Shown: positions 39,084 to 53,298 of the stretch, in pieces
Numbering within the stretch: position 1 is the first letter of the stretch
How the letters are laid out: each line of letters opens with the position of its first letter
Assembly (NCBI RefSeq): GCF_006345805.1
Contig: NW_021833743.1
Location: forward strand, 7,487-71,486
Direction of reading: 5' to 3'
Length of the DNA stretch: 64,000 bases
Origin: Octopus sinensis
Taxonomy: Eukaryota
Notes under the pieces: generated by a model
The model's database searches: none
What the model was told of the DNA's origin: nothing
The model's input: the letters and a program-made list of their open reading frames with translations, nothing else
Program-made: the position numbers and the translations under genes

Positions 39084-39500
39084 GGGGCTGGATTTAAACC
39101 CATAGAGGCCCTAAGCACTTAAAAGATTTTGGTGTCCGCATATATATGTAATTCAAAATATAAACAATAATAAACCATGAAATAAATTCTTATTTCTCAA
39201 ACAGAAATGAAACAAAAGATAAAGAGAGGGAAAATAATGTTTAATTTTGTCTAATTCCACTTTATTTAGATTTGAAAAGTTTTCTCCTACTTTTTTCAGT
39301 TACAAATCCTTACTATGATTCCATGAACTCTTTGAAATTCTATTTCCAATAATACAAACCACTTTGAATATCATTTTAGCAAGTTTAAAGAGATTTCTTT
39401 TTTTTTTTTGTGCTGTAAACCATTTACCATTTCTGTGGTGGCCCCTTCTTCCTTTGGTGCCCTAAGCATGTGCTTATTTTGCTTTATGGTTAATTCAGTG
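39084..39500. mobile_element. Non-autonomous DNA transposon (hAT-like ends)
   Basis: GGGCTGGATTTAA...GCCCTAAGCAC at the left and ...ATGGTTAATTCAGTGC at the right. Second copy at about 54285-54712, partial copy at about 36000-36270. Confidence 0.55.
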
Positions 39501-39913
39501 CAACACCATTCCATCATACACGCACACCATTCCCTTGCACACACACACACACGCACACACAACTATCCAGCTTGTTTAAATTACTCTGGAAACTCTCCTA
39601 AACCTTTAAGCATTTAAACCAGCCATATGAAGCCCAATTATTCAACCTGTTTTATGTTTAAACTGGCCAGATCCTGCATCTCATACCTACCCAACAATGT
39701 CATTCTAAAAATAAGTAGTCATTGAAATCTCAAAGCAATGAGATAATCCAAGAATAATTCAAAATAATGTGAATAAATGAGCATTATATTTGACAGAGTA
39801 ACATAATTGCCAAAAGGTTAAAATAATATAGGAGTAACAAATTCATCCCATTTTTGTATCTGGTTTTGCAAGATTCTTGATGTGAACATTTTGTTGCAAC
39901 TTGGAAGGCTTAA

Positions 39914-40134
39914 CCCTGTTGTTACCAACCTGGCCAAAACCGGCTCTGGCTCTGTAGTACAAATGTCTTGTTTTCATAAGTTTAAAATTAAAATATTCCC
40001 CCAAACCTTAGTCACAATTTATGTTCCTAACACTAGCTGAATGATAACTAAGTTATTTTACTAAATTCTTTGTTATATTTAAAATAATTGAAAGAAACGC
40101 AGAACATCTCAAAATAAATACAGTAACAAAAGAG
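39914..40134. mobile_element. piggyBac-type MITE
   Basis: TTAA|CCCTGTTGTTAC...GTAACAAAAGAG|TTAA, with TTAA at 39910-39913 and 40135-40138. Confidence 0.7.
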
Positions 40135-41626
40135 TTAAACTGACTGATGGCTTAACCAGCTGATTAAGCAAGTGATCAATTAGTTAATTAGTTGGTTAAA
40201 TAATTAACCAACTGGCTTGGCGATTTCGATGACACAATTGCGTAGTTTTGGAATGACATTGAAGGGGAAGTATGAGAGGCTGGATTTGGTCAGTTTTAAC
40301 AAAGCGGGTAGGATAGTTAACCCTTTATAGCATTCAGATTTCTCTGTCAAATGCAAGAAATTGAACCAGTGCATGTTTATTATTAGAATAATGATCCCCC
40401 CCCCCCATTATACAACAGAATTCCTTATTGCTTAATGTCATTGTCCACCAGGAGGTGCTGGTGCTGAAAATGAATTGAACATGAAAAAAAGCTAATGCAC
40501 ACACACACACATATGCATGCACACATGTGTTTGTGTCAAACCATAATGGAAATACATTTAAATATTTGTTGTGCAAGATTTTTTATGGAAATGCTAAGTG
40601 GGACTCAAACCTGATACCTCGTTATATCAGAAGTAATTTATACATTTTACCATTCAGTTTTTATCCATCGTTTCTTTTCTTTTTAATTTATTCTAACATT
40701 AATCCATCTGTGAAATGCTTCGTTAAAGACATCGTTTAATTTTAAGGAAACTGTTTTTTTTTTCTTATGAAAGAAAAATGTTGGCTATTTGCTGGTTTCC
40801 TGTTTTACCAAGAATCAATTAGAAAGAAATATATTGATCTATGATTGAGCCAGTGTCTAATTAATACTGAATAGTTGGATTGTGGTGGGGTTATGGTGGG
40901 GGTGTGATGGTGATGAAAGGGGCCTGGAAATAGGTCTTTATGATATGTAGGGTAGGGAATGGTGGTGGAATGAAGAGGGAGTGGGATGTGTTTGTGGGGT
41001 GAGGTGGATGTTGGAGTGCGGGAGTTGCGAGGGTGGGGTGGGGGAAATGTCTGGAAGCAACAGGAGAATGGTGACTAATGGATGAGGAAAATGTAACTGT
41101 AAGTGGTGGAGTTTTGAGAGAAAGGGAGAGAGAGATCTGAGTAGAGGAAAGTGAGAGATTTGATTGGAAGAGAGTGAGAGATCCAAATGGAAGAGAGTGA
41201 GAGATCCGAGTGGATCTATCAGTTTCTGTCTACCAAATCCACTCACAAGGCTTTGGTTGGCCCAAGGCTATAGTAGATGACATTTGCTGAAGGTACCATG
41301 CAGTGGAACTGAACCCGGAACCATGTGGTTGATAAGCAAGCTACTTACCACACAGCCACTCCTGAGCCTATATTTATTTTATTGATATATTTTAATTAAT
41401 TTTTAGGCATGAAAATACTTATTTTACCACAGAAATAATTAAAATCTAAAAAAATATAAATACCTATTGGCTGTAGAGACCTGCGATATACTGAGGAGTC
41501 CACGATATAAATTTACATATATTAGCCAGAAAAATCCACGATGTAATGAGGGTGTGATGGGTGAATTGCAATATGGTGAGTGAAGACTGTGTATATATGA
41601 GTATGTGTGTATGTGTGTATATGTAT

Positions 41627-42106
<480 letters not shown>

Positions 42107-42589
42107 ATGAATGTGTGTATGTATAAAATTAGATCTTGTTATATTGTTGCAGAAGTTGAGTTGGAAGAGTGAAGTGTGCAGAGGTGACCTCGGGCTTGAA
42201 CTCAATGGAAATATTGTTGTTCCTGTGTTTGTTGCAATTCGGTCAGTTACACCCAACTCTCCCTTCGTCTCTCCATCAATCTATCTATCTATTTATCTGT
42301 CAGAAAGGGACAGTAAAACAGAGAGGAGGAGGTGGGGGAGAGAGAGAGAGAGAGAAATCAAAGAGGAGAGAGTGAGTGTAAGGGAAGTGGGTGAGGAAAT
42401 AGCGCAAGGATATTCAGAGGGGGTAGCTGAAGGGGAGAGTAAAGTAAGGAAAGGGAATTGACTAATAATAGATGAATATAGATATTTCCGAGCATAAACA
42501 GAGGACAATTATTTTTGGAGACAATGGTTCCGCATGTCCATATGGGTGTATTAATGCACGTATAACATACACACACATTCTATATATAT

Positions 42590-42669
42590 TTATTAATAGA
42601 TAAACACACAAATCACATTAAAAACACATATTATATATATATGTATATATATATCAATATATATATATG

Positions 42670-42719
<50 letters not shown>

Positions 42720-42755
42720 TTGTATATATATATATATATATTTGTATATTTTAGT

Positions 42756-42789
<34 letters not shown>

Positions 42790-42889
42790 TATATATATAT
42801 ATAATTAATGTATATATATATATTTTATATTTATATTTGTATATATATATAGATATATATGTATATATGTATATATATATATATACATA

Positions 42890-42944
<55 letters not shown>

Positions 42945-43240
42945 ATTATATATGTATATATGTATATATATATATATTATATATTATATATATGTATATA
43001 TGTATATATATATATAATGTATATATGTATATATTATGTATAGATTTATATATATATATTATATATATATATGTAATATGTATATATGTATATATGTATA
43101 ATATATATATATATATATATATTTTTCTATATAAATATTATATTTATGTATATATTCTATATAATATATATATATATGTATATATTTCTATATAGATATA
43201 TATATATGTATATATGTATATTATATATAATGTATATTAT

Positions 43241-43300
<60 letters not shown>

Positions 43301-43337
43301 TGTATACATGTATATGTATATATTATATATATAATTA

Positions 43338-43370
<33 letters not shown>

Positions 43371-43499
43371 CTATCTATATAATATATATATATATGTATA
43401 TTATTATATATATTTCTATATAAATATATATATGTATATATGTATATATTATATATATATTTCTATATATATATATAAGTATATATATATTATATATAC

Positions 43500-43544
<45 letters not shown>

Positions 43545-43550
43545 ATATAG

Positions 43551-43581
<31 letters not shown>

Positions 43582-43724
43582 CTATATATATATATATTAT
43601 TATATAGACAATATATATATATATATTACATTATACATATATAATTATATAGACAATATACATATATATTATTCTATATATATATAATATATATTTGTAT
43701 ATTATATATATATAGGCAATATAG

Positions 43725-43781
<57 letters not shown>

Positions 43782-43815
43782 ATATATATATTTGTATATA
43801 TATATTATATAGGCA

Positions 43816-43858
<43 letters not shown>

Positions 43859-43942
43859 ATATATATTATATATATATATTATATAGACAATATACATATA
43901 TATATATATTTATATATATATATTTATTATATAGACAATATA

Positions 43943-43981
<39 letters not shown>

Positions 43982-44010
43982 TATATATGTATGTATATAT
44001 ATGTATATAT
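42590..44010. repeat. ~1.4-kb compound (TA)n microsatellite with nested TTATATAGACAATA units
   Basis: Almost entirely A/T. Repeated TATAGACAATA or TAGGCAATA anchors from about 43540. Confidence 0.95.
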
Positions 44011-44239
44011 AGGGAAGAAATAGGAGGGATTAACAATTTTCGGCTGATTTCACTGGCAATAGTCTGAGAAAATGGACAGAATATATGGATCGGTCAGTTC
44101 AAATTTATATTTGGACAGAAAAAGACATTTCCATTTTCGTCCCTGTTATTGATTGAAAGGAGAGAATGGGTGAAATGTTCTTTTTGCATATACCACATGT
44201 GGGACAAACAAACATTATATCTGTGTAGGTGGTTGGGGT

Positions 44240-44283
<44 letters not shown>

Positions 44284-44368
44284 ATGGAGAGGGAAGCTGT
44301 CTGTATGCATATATATATAGTCTTATAAATATATGAGCATATAAATGCAAAAATACACACACAAATAC

Positions 44369-44427
<59 letters not shown>

Positions 44428-46263
44428 ATGCATACACACATCTGTATGTATAAGTATATATATAAACATATTGTATATAATACACACACAAATGCACCCA
44501 TATATTGAGTTCTATTTCAATTTGTTTTGCCAAACACTCATCCATCAGAAAGCCTAATATGAACTTGATGTAGTTAGGTTATACTTTTCACCACCTACAC
44601 TATGGAAAGTAAACAAATGGGAACACACTTTATTATTCTTTCAGTATCAGAAAATAAATGAGATTATCCTAACAGGTTTCATGGCTGGGTGACCACTCTT
44701 TGGACACCAAGCAGAAATCACCCTATGGCCTACGAAGAGAACTTTATAGTAGCACCTATTTAAATTAATCACAAACTAGTAATTCAGCTGAAAATGGCTA
44801 GATCAATTTATATATTGTACATTTACTGGTGAAGTGATAAAACACTTGATTGTATGTGCAAGGAGAATATATAAGATAAATATATGATTGTACACACACA
44901 TGCAAATGCAAAGATATGTACACAAGTGCATACATACACATGCAAATATATGCATACAGAAAAATACATACACACAATTGCTGTGATGCATATATATACT
45001 CCTCAGTCAGATGACAACTGTTTTCCATGCTGGCATGGGTTGGACGGTTTGACAGGAGCTGGGAAGACAGAGGTCTGTATCAGGCTCCAGTGTCTGCTTT
45101 GGCATGGTTTCTATGTTTGGATGCCTTTCGTAACATATAATAGGGTGAAGACCCCCTTCAGTCATGAATGACCATAAGATTGCACCTAGAAAGTTCCCCT
45201 CTGAGGCACAAATCTAGGCAAGGTTGCTTATGGAAGACCAGCAGTTGCTCATGCATACCACTCTCCCCTCTCCACACCACTGATGTCTTAAGCTATCAGA
45301 TGTGGCGTACTGGCAGTTTTTTTTCTTTTCCAATGTGCCAGGGACCAGTAATATCCCTTAGTAATATTAATTTATACTAGAAACAATATATATATATATA
45401 ATGAATGTAATAAAAAGTTGACAATTTTTTATCTTATATTTATTTTGTAAACATATAATTTTTTTTTTTTTTTACTCTAGTTACAAAACCCGAAACTTTT
45501 GGGGAAGGGGCCAGTTGATTAGATTGACTCCAGTATGCAACTGGTGCTTAATCTATTGATCCCGAAAGGATGAAAGGCGAAGTCGACCTCAGTGGAATTT
45601 GAGCTCAGAAAGTAAAGACAGACGAAATACCGCTAAGCATTTTATAAACAAATAATACAATATTACATAAGCTGATAAGTTGTTTACTGCAGTGCATAAG
45701 GCAATATTACTGAAATTATGCTATTGTCTTTTTCTTTTCTGGAAACTCACCACATACCAGCAGCTGATGGCTCACGGGCCAGCACTGGTCTGCAGACCAC
45801 TACTTTGAGTAGCACTGGTCTAAGGGAAAGGCAAAGGCCAATACAGCTTAGCACCAGTGATGTCGCAAGTCATTTCTACAGATGAGTGAACTGGTGCAAT
45901 GTGAAATAAAATGTCTTGCTCAAAAACACAACACATAACCCAGTCTGGGAATCAAACTCACTACTTCATGATTGTAAGCCCAACACTCTAACCACTGAGC
46001 CATTTACCTTCATCTAACATAAATAAGCATAAAAATGATTAGACAACAGAGAGGAATCTTTATAATAGCAGTGGTGCCATATACATTTGGTAAAGTGTGG
46101 GCAAATGAATGGAAATATAGGGTAGGAAGGATTCTTTATTCTTGCCGAGGACAAAACAGCATCTTTGCCTAAAATGTTCTGCAACATGTGTGGTGTTAAG
46201 AAGGCCCACTTAACTGCTGAAACTATGCCAAAATGGAATGCACAAGTGAGGAGAGGTCATCAA

Positions 46264-46286
46264 AGGGTTAGGGTTAGGGTTAGGGT
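46264..46286 (+). repeat. Interstitial telomeric-type repeat (TTAGGG)3
   Basis: AGGGTTAGGGTTAGGGTTAGGGT. Confidence 0.8.
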
Positions 46287-48750
46287 GAAGGAGAGCATTT
46301 ACTCTGAGTAAGAGCCAACTTGGACTGAGAAGACCAACCTAACACCCTGCCAGCATAGAAGACATATAAAATGGTGAGGATGAAGATGATATATACACTT
46401 GTACATAAAACTCACACTCATGCTTATATATACATCTATCAAATTGCATATATAGACACATACATACATGTCAAATTCTATGGAGCTAGTAATAATACAA
46501 ATGAATAACTACATAACTGCAGTAGTCACCTTATTTTTGCCCCATTCATCCAATCTCTGAAGAGCATGTGATAGGACAGCCATGCTGGTTTTAATACCCA
46601 GTGTGAAACCAATTACTAAGATCAGCTGCAAAGGATCTATAATACTGTATATATTGATGAAAACGCATAAGTTGCAATGACTATAACACATGGATCCAAT
46701 CCATCAATCTGAATGTATTTATACACGCATGTATGTATATTAGTGTTTATACATATATGCTTTTATAACACACACACACACACAAATATTTTACATACAA
46801 CTTGCACTGCAAGACACTCCCTGGAGATAACGATGATTTCAGAAGTTTCCAACAATATCGTTTCCTCCTGTTGTACCAAACAACATTGACGCTACCAGAA
46901 ATGTCTTGGTTCTTTCGCCTTACACTGTTCAACACGTTTTCCTTATCCAAGCCGTCCCCACACCTAACTAGGTACAGCTGTAACCACTCCAATGTTACAA
47001 GTATTTCGTTTTACTTTTCGCTATGAATTTGTTCATTGCTCTCTGCTTTGGTCCTTTTCTCACATGCCTCTGTTACATCTACGATGAGGCATTTTTCTGC
47101 TTTTTTCTCTATACGTACTATACACTATAAATATTTGCTGCTGTGTTTATTTACATATACGGAGGAAAGAGAAAGGAAGAAAAGAACCTCTCCCTTGTGA
47201 GTGCTTATGTGTGTAGATGAAGAAAAGTATGTGTGCGCGTATTTGCAGGTAAATGTATGTGTGTGTAAATGTAGATAAGGGACGTGTACTAGTGTGTGTG
47301 TATGAGTAAACACGTGCAGAGGAATGTAAAGAAAAGGGGAAAATGAAAGCAAGATGAAAATCTGCGAAAGAGAAAGATTAAGAGGAAGAAAACTAAACAA
47401 TGAAAGCAAATCAAAGAAAAGAAAAACAAAAACGGAAGAATGAAAACGAAAGTAGAAAAACAATGAATGACACAATAAAGAGTTCAAAGGGAAGGGGAGG
47501 TAATCCAATAACATTTATTTTTGAAGTACATGAAATGGTGGTCCAGTTGTCTCTTTGAATCTTCTTTCTCTTTTTATTCTGACGGAATGAAAATTCTTTA
47601 GTTGTAAAGAAGCACCAACATAACAATGGCTTCAGTTCTTTTAATGGTTATGTTGTTAGGTTTCTACGCAGGAACTTTGCTTTTGGTCGAGAATTTATTT
47701 TGTAAATAGTCCTGCTTAGTTTCTCTTCTATTCTCTTACCTTTATTAAGCTGTTGTCACTTCGTCTCTCTCTTTCTTCTTCTTCTCTCTCTCTCTCCCAT
47801 TGAGCTTGTCTTTCTACCTTTTTACTATAGTTTCACAGGCCATCATTCCTTGCCCCACCCCTCTCTCTCTCTGTCAGTGTGTGTATAAATTTGCTCTGGT
47901 GTGAATGTGCGTATATATGCGGTGCAGCATGCCTATAGACATATATGTTGCAAGTACGCCTATTTGTGTGCACGCGTGCATGTATATATGCATGTATGGG
48001 TGTTTTAGATATCTTCAACCTTTAACGTCCGTTTTCCACGCTGGCATGAGTAGATTATATATATATATATATATATAAACAAACACACACACGACTTTTA
48101 TAATCATTAATATATACATTTTTTTAATATCTACACATACACAAAAGACGAGAGCATAAGTTAATATTGTGTGATATTAAGAACGATTGTTTCAATTTTA
48201 ACAATGGACCATCATCACAATCTGTGTTAACAATCTCAGCTTCATCTCCATATCTATATTATCATCATATTTTCTTTATCATCGTTAGTATTACTAAGCC
48301 AGTTTAATCAAATCCAGATGTACAATATAAACAACTAAATGAACATCTATCTCAGCACTTCTATCTCCATGTATGTCTACATATACTATACATACATACA
48401 CACACATATATACGTACATATACAAATCACATACATACACACACACACATATATACACATACATAAAATGGGAGAACCGTTACTGCTGTAGTAGAGTAGA
48501 GGTATATATTTTTTGTATCTCTTACTTGTTTCAGTCATTAGACTGTGGCCATGCTGGGGCACTGCCTTGAAGAATTTTTAGTCAAATGAATTGATCCAAG
48601 GACATACCATTTTTTTTTTCGATAAAGCCTGGTACTTCTTTTGCTGATCTACTTAGTTACAAGGATGTAAATATACCAGCACCGGTTATCAAGCAGTGGT
48701 GGAGGACAACCACATGATAGGCTTCTTTCAGTTTCCCTCTATCAAATCCA

Positions 48751-48793
<43 letters not shown>

Positions 48794-51434
48794 AAAAAAT
48801 GTGTGTTCAAGAGAACATGTGTAACTGAAAAAAAATTTGTATACACGTGTGTGTGTGTGTGTGTGTAAGAGGGGGAAGAGTTTTGGTTGTTGATGCTGAT
48901 GATGTTGACTGCCATTGCCAGCAAATATATTTTAAAAGTGTTTAATGGAAATGATACACTCACTATCACCACTGTTATCATCATCATCACTACTGCAGTC
49001 CCATCATCACCATCATCAACTGTATGAATGCTTAGGTATGTGTTTCCTTACTTCCTGTTAGGTTAATTTTGCTTGGAGAACATTCGGTGATTGTTGGTAT
49101 CCTTCTATACCTAACTCCATTCCCCCACACCCATTGCACAAACACTCCCTCACCCAAACATCATCATCAGAGAATTGCTAAATGCCACCAACAACGCTCT
49201 CATCACTGTCGCTACTTTCTCAACAAATATGAAAACAAAATATACAAATAGTAATTTATTAAGCGAACTGGTGGCAGAGTTGTTAGAATCATTGACTGAA
49301 ATGCCCTGTGGGTATTTGTTCCACCTTTTTGCATTCTGAGTTCAGTTTTTGCCTTTTATCTTTCTGGGAATCAATAAATATATTAACCCTCCAAGGGAGT
49401 GGTCTGGGAAAATAATTGAGCGACTGGAAGTAATATCAGTGGTTTTGTTCCTGCACTTTGTGTTCTGAGTTCAAATCCTGCTGTGACTTACTTGGCAGGG
49501 AGTGTGTGTGTGGCGGGGCAGTGTACTTAATCTGTAACCTTGTTTAACATCATTACCTGGTACTTGGGTGTCATTAGTGGATGGAGTTCTTCACACCTGC
49601 AAGAATTATTTCAATCAGGTCTCTTGTTTAAAGATATCTCTTTCCCTCCTTCTTTTGCAACAGTCTTGAAAGCCCCGTAACCAGTAATAGATATTGTCTG
49701 TCCTCTCTCTCTCTCACACACTCATACACACACAGAATTTTTCAAAAGGGCAATGGTAGCAGAGAAATTGCCAGGATTAAATGGTAAAATCCTGGGAAAA
49801 GCTGGGAAGAAGTGTAGTCTTGGAAGACCTTTAAAGGGTTTTGTATATCATTTTCCTATGATGAGATGGTAACAAAAAGAAAAAAAATATTTGCCACAAG
49901 GGCAATGGTTGATGAGACCTAACCAGAATAAATGACAAAAATGCTGACAGGATCGGTTTACATAGGATAAAATAGGAAAACAACAACAACAAAGAATGAT
50001 AAAAAATATAAAGAAGGAAATGAAACATTCCAATACTGGGAGAGAGAGAAACCCAGCAAAGGGCAAACTAGGAAAACACCTATAATACGAGCTGTTGACA
50101 GAGCCTGTGTGATTGTTGTTATTGTTAGAGTTTAGTAGTTTAGCCTCATGACAATCCTAGTTGCACAGATCTAATGATCAGAAGCAATCTAGCCATGACT
50201 GTTCCATTTATTTTTCTAATCTGCAGAAAATTCAGTTTTGAACAAATATCAGAAATGATTTCATATTCAAAGAGCTCTGGTTTTTCAGCTTTCTTTTCAT
50301 TGAAACTCACATCCTTTGTCAAAACACATTAGTGAAGGATTTACCCCTTGTTTATCACAATTTTCTGTCGTATTAACCCCAATGAAATCCTCCTCCACCA
50401 GAGCCAGTTCTTGTGTGCCTCAATCATCCTGAAAGCTAAGCCAACCGATAGATCAAAGGATAGAGACCACGTCTTCCTCGGGGTGAAAACGGGTTTGTGT
50501 AGGGCCAATACCCCTCACCATCATTTAATACCCATTTTCCATACTGGCATGGGTTGAATGGTTTCACAGGAGCTGCACCAGGCTCCATTTGTTTTTATAG
50601 CTTGGTTTCTATGGCTGGATACCCTTCCTGATGCCAGCCACTTTACAGAGCATAATGGGTGCATTTTACATGACTCCTCTATGGGTGCTTTTTTTATGTG
50701 ATGCCAGCAACAGAAGAACCGATGGCAGTCCAAAACCAAGAAGAACTGTGAGAGGAAAGACAGCTTAGAGTTAAGAATAGTGGAGAAAAGTTGTTGAAGT
50801 GCTTAAGTAACCCCTACCAAATACCTGGGGTTTCTATAAAGAATACAAGGTCATCAACTGAAGCCTCTAGATTAGTCAAACTTAATGAAAATTCATTTCC
50901 CTCTTCTCTAAAACAGTGGTTTTCAACTGTGATCCATATAATCCTAAGGGGGTCCACCATGCAAGCAAATTAGTAAACTGGGGATGCACAGTAGCATATT
51001 AAGGGTCTATAAAAAAGTTTTGAGTTAGATGTATTTGTTGGAAGAGGGAGCTAAATTTCTTTATCAAATGTTTTACATAGCTCCACCTACAGAAGTGAAT
51101 GTGATAAAACAAAATAGGAATTTTGAAAGAAATATCTATAAAACTAGTTTTTAAACATTGAATGGTTATGAGAGGTCGACCAGAATAAAACAGTAATCAA
51201 GAGGGTCCATAAACAAAACAGAAACAAAGGTTGAGAATCACTACTCTAAATAATGGACCAGCTTCTAGAGATAATAATAATAATAATAATAAAACTGATG
51301 TGATGAGGATGGAGCTTCTAGAGATCCTGAAAAATATTTGGAGCTTAAGTTCTATATTTAAGAGATGAGGAATTATGTACATTATTTACATTATTTACAT
51401 TTGATGGATTTTTGTCCTCATCTTGTTTGTTGTT

Positions 51435-51480
51435 AACACAACGTTTCGGCTGATATACCCTCCAGCCTTCATCAGGTGTC
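51435..51480 (-). ncRNA. Minimal type I hammerhead ribozyme (Penelope-type) with an intact core
   Basis: GACAC CUGAUGA A GGCUG GAGGGUAUAU CAGCC GAA ACGU U GUGUU. Stem I has 5 bp, stem II has 5 bp, stem III is the palindrome ACGU, there is an extra A after A9, and the triplet is GUU. Predicted cut between 51440 and 51439. Confidence 0.75.
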
Positions 51481-51629
51481 TTGGGGAAATTTCGAACCTG
51501 GGTTCTCATTCCTAATGTATTTTTCGATGTTATCATTATTATTATTATTATTCAGGTCACAGCCTAGAATCAAATAATAACATTGAAAAATTCCTTAGGA
51601 ATGAGAACCCAGATTCAAAATTTCCCCAA

Positions 51630-51672
51630 GACACCTGATGAAGGCTTGAGGGTATATCAGCCGAAACGTGTT
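51630..51672 (+). ncRNA. Hammerhead copy lacking the cleavage site (probably inactive)
   Basis: Core and GAAA are intact, but GAAACGTGTT lacks 3 nt (H17 and part of stem I) relative to 51435-51480. Confidence 0.65.
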
Positions 51673-51781
51673 AACAACAAACAAGATGAGGACAAATATC
51701 CGTTGAATGTAAATAATGTAAATTAAGTTATTTACTCGAGAACATTTCAATAACCTTGTTAGCAACCTACTGTTGTTGGAG

Positions 51782-52378
51782 GTTGAGCTTATCATCTCTA
51801 CACTGAACAAAGCTAATTTACTTGATCAAAATGCAAAAGTGACTTACTATTGAAAGCAACACTTTAATTGGTAACATGTATTACATTAGATGGTCCATTC
51901 TGCAATAGCAGTGACATCAATGAATTCTTCACAAACTTGTCTGAGACTTCTAGAGTACCTGACTGGCACCTTTTCATTGATTCGTTACAAAGAAGCTTGA
52001 AAGTAGTTCTACGTAACAAGAATGTAAAGCTATGCATTCCTTATTGTCCAAGCTGTCCACATAATAGAAACATATGTCAAACATGGAATACTGCTTGACA
52101 CTATTCAATACCATGTTCGTAAATGGAATACTATGTAGATCTCAGTTATTTGAAAGCTAATGGACACACGAACAGGATTTACAAAACACCGCTGCTTCTT
52201 ATATTTATAGAATGGTTGTGTTACTGGCGATCACTATATCAAACCTTTCTAACGTGAGCAGTGTCTAATCTGTCTCTTTACCTGGCTTCTATGACATTCT
52301 CTAAACTAAACTTGATTTAATGAAAAATTTTACCCAAGAAATAGTTAATCCAAGAGAACTTCAATACCTTTGTGGACA
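51782..52378 (+). pseudogene. Decayed DDE transposase fragment, Chapaev3/Transib-like (CMC group)
   Basis: ELIISTLNKANLL...DWHLFIDSLQRSLKVVLRN...ETYVKHGILLDTIQY...GFTKHRCFLYL...KLDLMKNF, with stops and frameshifts. Matches the W.LFIDSS..SLK.VL, G.TK..CFLC and KLGLMK.F motifs. The superfamily label is recalled, not searched. Confidence 0.75.
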
Positions 52379-52396
52379 TGTATATATATATATATA

Positions 52397-52600
52397 CAGC
52401 TGTCCCAGAAGTTGCACACCATTCTGGTTTTCATTAAAAATTATTAAAGCGATTTATTTTATTATTTTTTTTGGCATGTTTTATTGTAGAGGGTGCTCAA
52501 TTTGAGCATTTGTTAGAATTAATTTCAATAAAGTGCTTTTGAAATCAGTAAGGGTGTATTCTTTTAAAAAACCAGTGTGTGCAACTTCTGGGACACCCTG
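52397..52600. mobile_element. Tc1/mariner MITE
   Basis: TA|CAGCTGTCCCAGAAGTTGCACAC...GTGTGCAACTTCTGGGACACCCTG|TA: terminal inverted repeats of about 23 bp with a TA target duplication. Confidence 0.9.
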
Positions 52601-52621
52601 TATGTATATGTGTATATATAT

Positions 52622-53278
52622 AGGTGCAGGTGTGGCTGAATGGTAAGAAGCTTGCTTACCAACCACATGGTTCCAGGTTCAGTCCCTCTGCGTGGCACCT
52701 TGAGCAAGTGTGTTCTACTATAGCCTCGGACCGACCAAAGCTTTGTGATTGGATTTGGCAGACAGAAACTGAATGAACCCCATCATATATATGTATATAT
52801 ATCTGTGTGTGTGGGTGGGTGGGTGTCTTTATGTCTGTGTTTGTCCCCACATGCTTGACAACTGGTATTGGTGTATTAGGCGAGCTGGCAGAAACGTCAG
52901 CGTGCCGGACAAAATGCTGAGTGGTATTTCGTCTGCCGCTACGTTCTGAGTTCAAATTCCGCCGAGGTCGACTTTGCCTTTCATCCTTTCGGGGTCGATA
53001 AATTAAGTACCAGTTACGCACTGGGGTCGATGTAATCGACTTAATACCTATGTCTGTCCTTGTTTGTCCCCTCTATGTTTAGCCCCTTGTGGGTAATAGA
53101 GAAATAGAAATAGGTATTGGTGTATTAGCATCCCCATAGCTTTGTGGTTCAGCAAAAGAGACCAATAGAATAAGTACCAAGTTTAAAAATTAAGCATTGG
53201 GGTTGATTCATTCCACTAAAAATTGAAGGCAGTGCCCCAGCATGGCCTCAGTCTAATGACTGAAATAAGTAAAGAAAG
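52622..53278 (+). mobile_element. SINE family A with a nested SINE family B (52880-53112)
   Basis: 16-bp TSD GGTATTGGTGTATTAG at 52864-52879 and 53113-53128. Confidence 0.9.
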
Positions 53279-53298
53279 ATTTATATATATATATATAT

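Larger units (their letters stand above)
51325..51725. mobile_element. tRNA SINE with a hammerhead tail (HHR family 2), head-to-head inverted pair
   Basis: Minus copy 51325-51568: B-box remnant TTTGATTCT, (AAT)n linker, HHR tail. Plus copy 51570-51720 starts in the linker. Inverted arms are about 145 bp. Confidence 0.8.

Noticed and set aside
41477-41575. Plus-strand 99-nt phase 1-1 exon candidate
   Set aside because: Weak acceptor and no homology. It illustrates the chance rate of such candidates.
47321-47333. 13-nt match to miR-1
   Set aside because: It lacks the 5' U and the 3' end, and there is no precursor hairpin.
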